Below are positions 33,013 through 37,087 of a DNA stretch of 37,087 nucleotides, piece by piece. How positions within the stretch are numbered: the first letter of the stretch is position 1; each line of letters starts with the position of its first letter. The translations under genes were made by a program, and so were the position numbers. The notes beneath the pieces were generated by a model. The model was not told where the DNA came from. It worked only from the letters and a program-made list of their open reading frames with translations, and searched no databases. This DNA comes from Nemertoderma westbladi (taxonomy: Eukaryota > Animalia > Xenacoelomorpha): assembly GCA_032718475.1 (NCBI GenBank), contig JAUCBJ010003814.1, positions 1-37,087 of the forward strand, in the 5' to 3' direction.

Positions 33013-35946
33013 AACATCTAATAGTATCTGGGACATCGTTGGGTGGGAGCTGGGAGAGAACATCTAATAGTATCTGGGACATCGTTGGGTGGGAGCTGGG
33101 AGAGAACATCTAATAGTATCTGGGACATCGTTGGGTGGGACCTGGGAGAGAACATCTAATATTGACAGACATCGTTGGGTGGGAGCTGGGAGAGAACATC
33201 TAATAGTATCTGGGACATCGTTGGGTGGGAGCTGGGAGATAACATCTAATAGTATCTGGGACATCGTTGGGTGGGAGCTGGGAGAGAACATCTAATAGTA
33301 TCTGGAACATCGCTGGGTGGGAGCTGGGAGAGAACATCTAATATTGACAGACGTCGTTGGGTGGGAGCTGGGAGAGAACATCTAATAGTATCTGGGACAT
33401 CGTTGGGTGGGACCTGGGAGAGAACATCTAATAGTATCTGGGACATCGTTGGGTGGGAGCTGGGAGAGAACATCTAATAGTATCTGGGACATCGTTGGGT
33501 GGGAGCTGGGAGAGAACATCTAATAGTATCTTGGACATCGTTGGGTGGGAGCTGGGGGAGAACATCTAATAGTATCTGGGACATCGTTGGGTGGGAGCTG
33601 GGAGAGAACATTTAATATTATCTGGGACATCGTTGGGTGGGAGCTGGGAGTGAACATCTAATAGTATCTGGGACATCGTTGGGTGGGACCTGGGAGAGAA
33701 CATCTAATATTGACAGACATCGTTGGGTGGGAGCTGGGAGAGAACATCTAATAGTATCTGGGACATCGTTGGGTGGGAGCTGGGAGAGAACATCTAATAG
33801 TATCTGGGACATCGTTGGGTGGGAGCTGGGGGAGAACATCTAATAGTATCTGGGACATCGTTGGGTGGGAGCTGGGAGAGAACATCAATAGTATCTGGGG
33901 CATCGTTGGGTGGGAGCTGGGAGAGAACATCTAATATTGACAGACATCGTTGGGTGGGAGCTGGGAGAGAACATCTAATAGTATCTGGGACATCGTTGGG
34001 TGGGAGCTGGGAGAGAACATCAATAGTATCTGGGACATCGTTGGGTGGGACCTGGGAGAGAACATCTAATATTGACAGACATCGTTGGGTGGGAGCTGGG
34101 AGAGAACATCTAATAGTATCTGGGACATCGTTGGGTGGGAGCTGGGAGAGAAATTTAATAGTATCTGGGTCATCGTTGGGTGGGAGCTGGGAGAGAACAT
34201 CTAATAGTATCTGGGACATCGTTGGGTGGGAGCTGGGAGAGAACATCTAATAGTATCTGGGACATCGTTGGGTGGGAGCTGGGAGAGAACATCAATAGTA
34301 TCTGGGACATCGTTGGGTGGGACCTGGGAGAGAACATCTAATATTGACAGACATCGTTGGGTGGGAGCTGGGAGAGAACATCTAATAGTATCTGGGACAT
34401 CGTTGGGTGGGAGCTGGGAGAGAACATCTAATAGTATCTGGGACATCGTTGGGTGGGAGCTGGGAGAGAACATCAATAGTATCTGGGGCATCGTTGGGTG
34501 GGAGCTGGGAGAGAACATCTAATATTTACAGTCGTAGTTGGGTGGGACCTGGGAGATAACATCTAATAGTATGTGGGAAATCGTTGGGTGGGAGCTGGGA
34601 GAGAACATCTAATAGTATCTGGGACATCGTTGGGTGGGAGCTGGGAGAGAACATCTAATAGTATCTGGGACATCGTTGGGTGGGAGCTAGGAGAGAACAT
34701 CTAATAGTATCTGGGACATCGTTGGGTGGGAGCTGGGAGAGAACATCTAATAGTATCTGGGACATCGTTGGGTGGGAGCTGGGAGAGAACATTTAATAGT
34801 ATCTGGGACATCGTTGGGTGGGAGCTGGGAGAGAACATCTAATAGTATCTGGGACATCGTTGGGTGGGAGCTGGGAGAGAACATCTAATAGTATCTGGGA
34901 CATCGTTGGGTGGGAGCTGGGAGAGAACATTTAATAGTATCTGGGACATCGTTGGGTGGGAGCTGGGAGAGAACATCTAATAGTATCTGGGACATCGTTG
35001 GGTGGGAGCTGGGAGAGAACATCTAATATTGACAGACATCGTTGGGTGGGAGCTGGGAGAGAACATCTAATAGTATCTGGGACATCGTTGGGTGGGAGCT
35101 GGGAGAGAACATCTAATAGTATCTGGGACATCGTTGGGTGGGAGCTAGGAGAGAACATCTAATATTGACAGACGTCGTTGGGTGGGACCTGGGAGAGAAC
35201 ATCTAAAATTGACAGACATCGTTGGGTGGGAGCTGGGAGAGAACATCTAATAGTATCTGGGACATCGTTGGGTGGGAGCTGGGAGAGAACATCTAATAGT
35301 ATCTGGGACATCGTTGGGTGGGAGCTGGGAGAGAACATTTAATATTGACAGACATCGTTGGGTGGGAGCTGGGAGAGAACATCTAATAGTATCTGGGACA
35401 TCGTTGGGTGGGAGCTGGGAGAGAACATCTAATAGTATCTGGGACATCGTTGGGTGGGAGCTGGGAGAGAACATCTAATAGTATCTGGGACATCGTTGGG
35501 TGGGAGCTGGGAGAGAACATCTAATAGTATCTGGGACATCGTTGGGTGGGAGCTGGGAGAGAACATCTAATAGTATCTGGGACATCGTTGGGTGGGAGCT
35601 GGTGGAGAATATCTAATAGTATCTGGGACATCGTTGGGTGGGAGCTGGGAGAGAACATTTAATAGTATCTGGGACATCGTTGGGTGGGAGCTGGGAGAGA
35701 ACATCTAATAGTATCTGGGACATCGTTGGGTGGGAGCTGGGAGAGAACATCTAATAGTATCTGGGACATCGTTGGGTGGGAGCTGGGAGAGAACATTTAA
35801 TAGTATCTGGGTCATCGTTGGGTGGGAGCTGGGAGAGAACATCTAATAGTATGTGGGACATCGTTGGGTGGGAGCTGGGAGAGAACATCTAATAGCATCT
35901 GGAACATCGTTGGGTGGGAGCTGGGAGAGAACATCTAATATTGACA
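33009..35946. repeat. G-rich 46-bp satellite (44-45 bp variants), ~64 copies
   Basis: GAGAGAACATCTAATAGTATCTGGGACATCGTTGGGTGGGAGCTGG, with an interspersed variant carrying TAATATTGACAGACATCG. Confidence 0.98.
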
Positions 35947-36295
35947 TGTTCTGTTAAGGAAACATTATTTTCTATAGGCCTACCATATAAATATGGCTAC
36001 CACCATCACGGCCACAATGATTAATTAAACACTTTAGCTACTAATTTAGGTACGACTGTTACACCCATAGAGAATTGCGACCGGTATATTTTCGTTGAAT
36101 CCTTGTGGCCGTGATGGTTCATGGTTAATATACACTACCCTTTCATTGTAGCCGAGTGGATAAAGACGGCCAAGTACTACTGTAGGGTTGAGCACAGTGG
36201 CAGTATACGATTGCATTGACAGATGGGGGGCCATGAGGAGGTAAATTGTGGACATACAAGGTATCAGATAGTATTTCCAGGTCTATCTTTTACCT

Positions 36296-36562
36296 GAGCC
36301 GCTAGCTGAATGGTTAGAGCGTCAGACTTCCAACCCGGAGGTCACCAGTTCGATCCCACCTGGACTTCGCGGCCGACTTTGCAAAAGCTGTGCCCAACAA
36401 AAAGTTATAATAATATAAACCACTCATTCACCCATAACACCAATAATGTATATACTATGCACATTGGTTTATATGGGCATTTGAGTTACAGTATATTTGT
36501 TTTCTGTTAGGGCTGGCGCCCTGCAGGACTCTTGAGGCCTGGAGGCTCTAATCTAATAAATA
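36296..36562 (+). mobile_element. tRNA-derived SINE-like element (head 36296-36368; 3' end uncertain)
   Basis: A box TAGCTGAATGG (36303-36313) and B-box-like AGTTCGATCCC (36347-36357). The stems do not form a proper cloverleaf. Possible tail TCTAATCTAATAAA near 36547-36560. Confidence 0.65.
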
Positions 36563-36727
36563 TTTTGTTGAATTTCTAACCTTTGCTATTAGGCCTATCG
36601 GAAATTCCTAAATTAGACCTTGTGCAATGTGCACATAAGTTGGCGAATTAATATCGGCTGTCTGGTATAGATGTTAAAATATTAATAAAGGGAAGGAGAA
36701 GATTACATTACAGTGAACAGTGGTACG

Positions 36728-36903
36728 TTATTCTAACCAAAACAATAAACGTGAGTCGATAGAACAGGTTACAGTTTTATTTTTGGGAGTAATCAGCTAT
36801 TATTTGCATCGATTTTCCCTGGAGAGGGATGGATTTTGATTCTGAGACTCGGAATAACAGATTATAACTCAAAAATAAAACTGTTAAATTTTCTGTACAG
36901 CAA
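36728..36903. repeat. Dispersed repeat, copy 2 (homologous to ~28406-28705)
   Basis: Same orientation. Shared blocks TAACCAAAACAA, AACAGGTTACAG, AGTAAT(C/G)AGCT, AATAAAACT and TCTGTAC. Confidence 0.65.
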
Positions 36904-37087
36904 ACGAAGGACTATTTTATTTAGGGGCCTACTGACAGACTGATAATCTTACAAACAAATAAATAATTAATTAGGCTAATTGTACTGTAGTATAAGATAG
37001 GCCTACACTTTTAGATGTCTCAAATTAACTGTACCGACATATCGTCCCTACCCGACGAGATTTTGGAGATTGTATTCGCATACGTGC

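Noticed and set aside
32609-35478. ORFs with ADLLNANGAPE, GRRLRLIGRPL or MFSPSSHPT repeats
   Set aside because: They are translations of the 33-bp and 46-bp arrays with non-ATG starts, no domain context and no splice support.
36296-36368. Functional tRNA (TCC at the anticodon position)
   Set aside because: The cloverleaf stems are mismatched, which fits a SINE head better.

Overview
This is eukaryotic (animal-like, probably invertebrate) genomic DNA, very rich in repeats. It holds two recognisable genes, both on the + strand. One is an intronless TMEM33 (Pom33/UPF0121 family) CDS at 2942-3718. The other is the 3' half of a spliced copine gene: four exons between ~20770 and 30325 encoding the vWA domain plus a tail of 25 [S/T/P]APYPGQQ octapeptides. 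No copine C2-domain exons are visible in the window. The rest consists of a 13.8-kb 29-bp satellite, three more tandem arrays downstream of copine (palindromic 15/30-mer, 33-mer, G-rich 46-mer), truncated and nested LINEs of RTE-X-like, RTE, Crack/L2-like and CR1 types (all on the - strand), two MITEs and two tRNA-derived SINE-like heads. Nothing prokaryotic and no CRISPR array was found. The best leads are the copine repeat tail, whose stop codon falls midway through an in-frame minisatellite, and the intronless TMEM33 that may sit same-strand inside a copine intron. All calls were made by eye without database searches; element boundaries and copy numbers are approximate unless exact bases are quoted.
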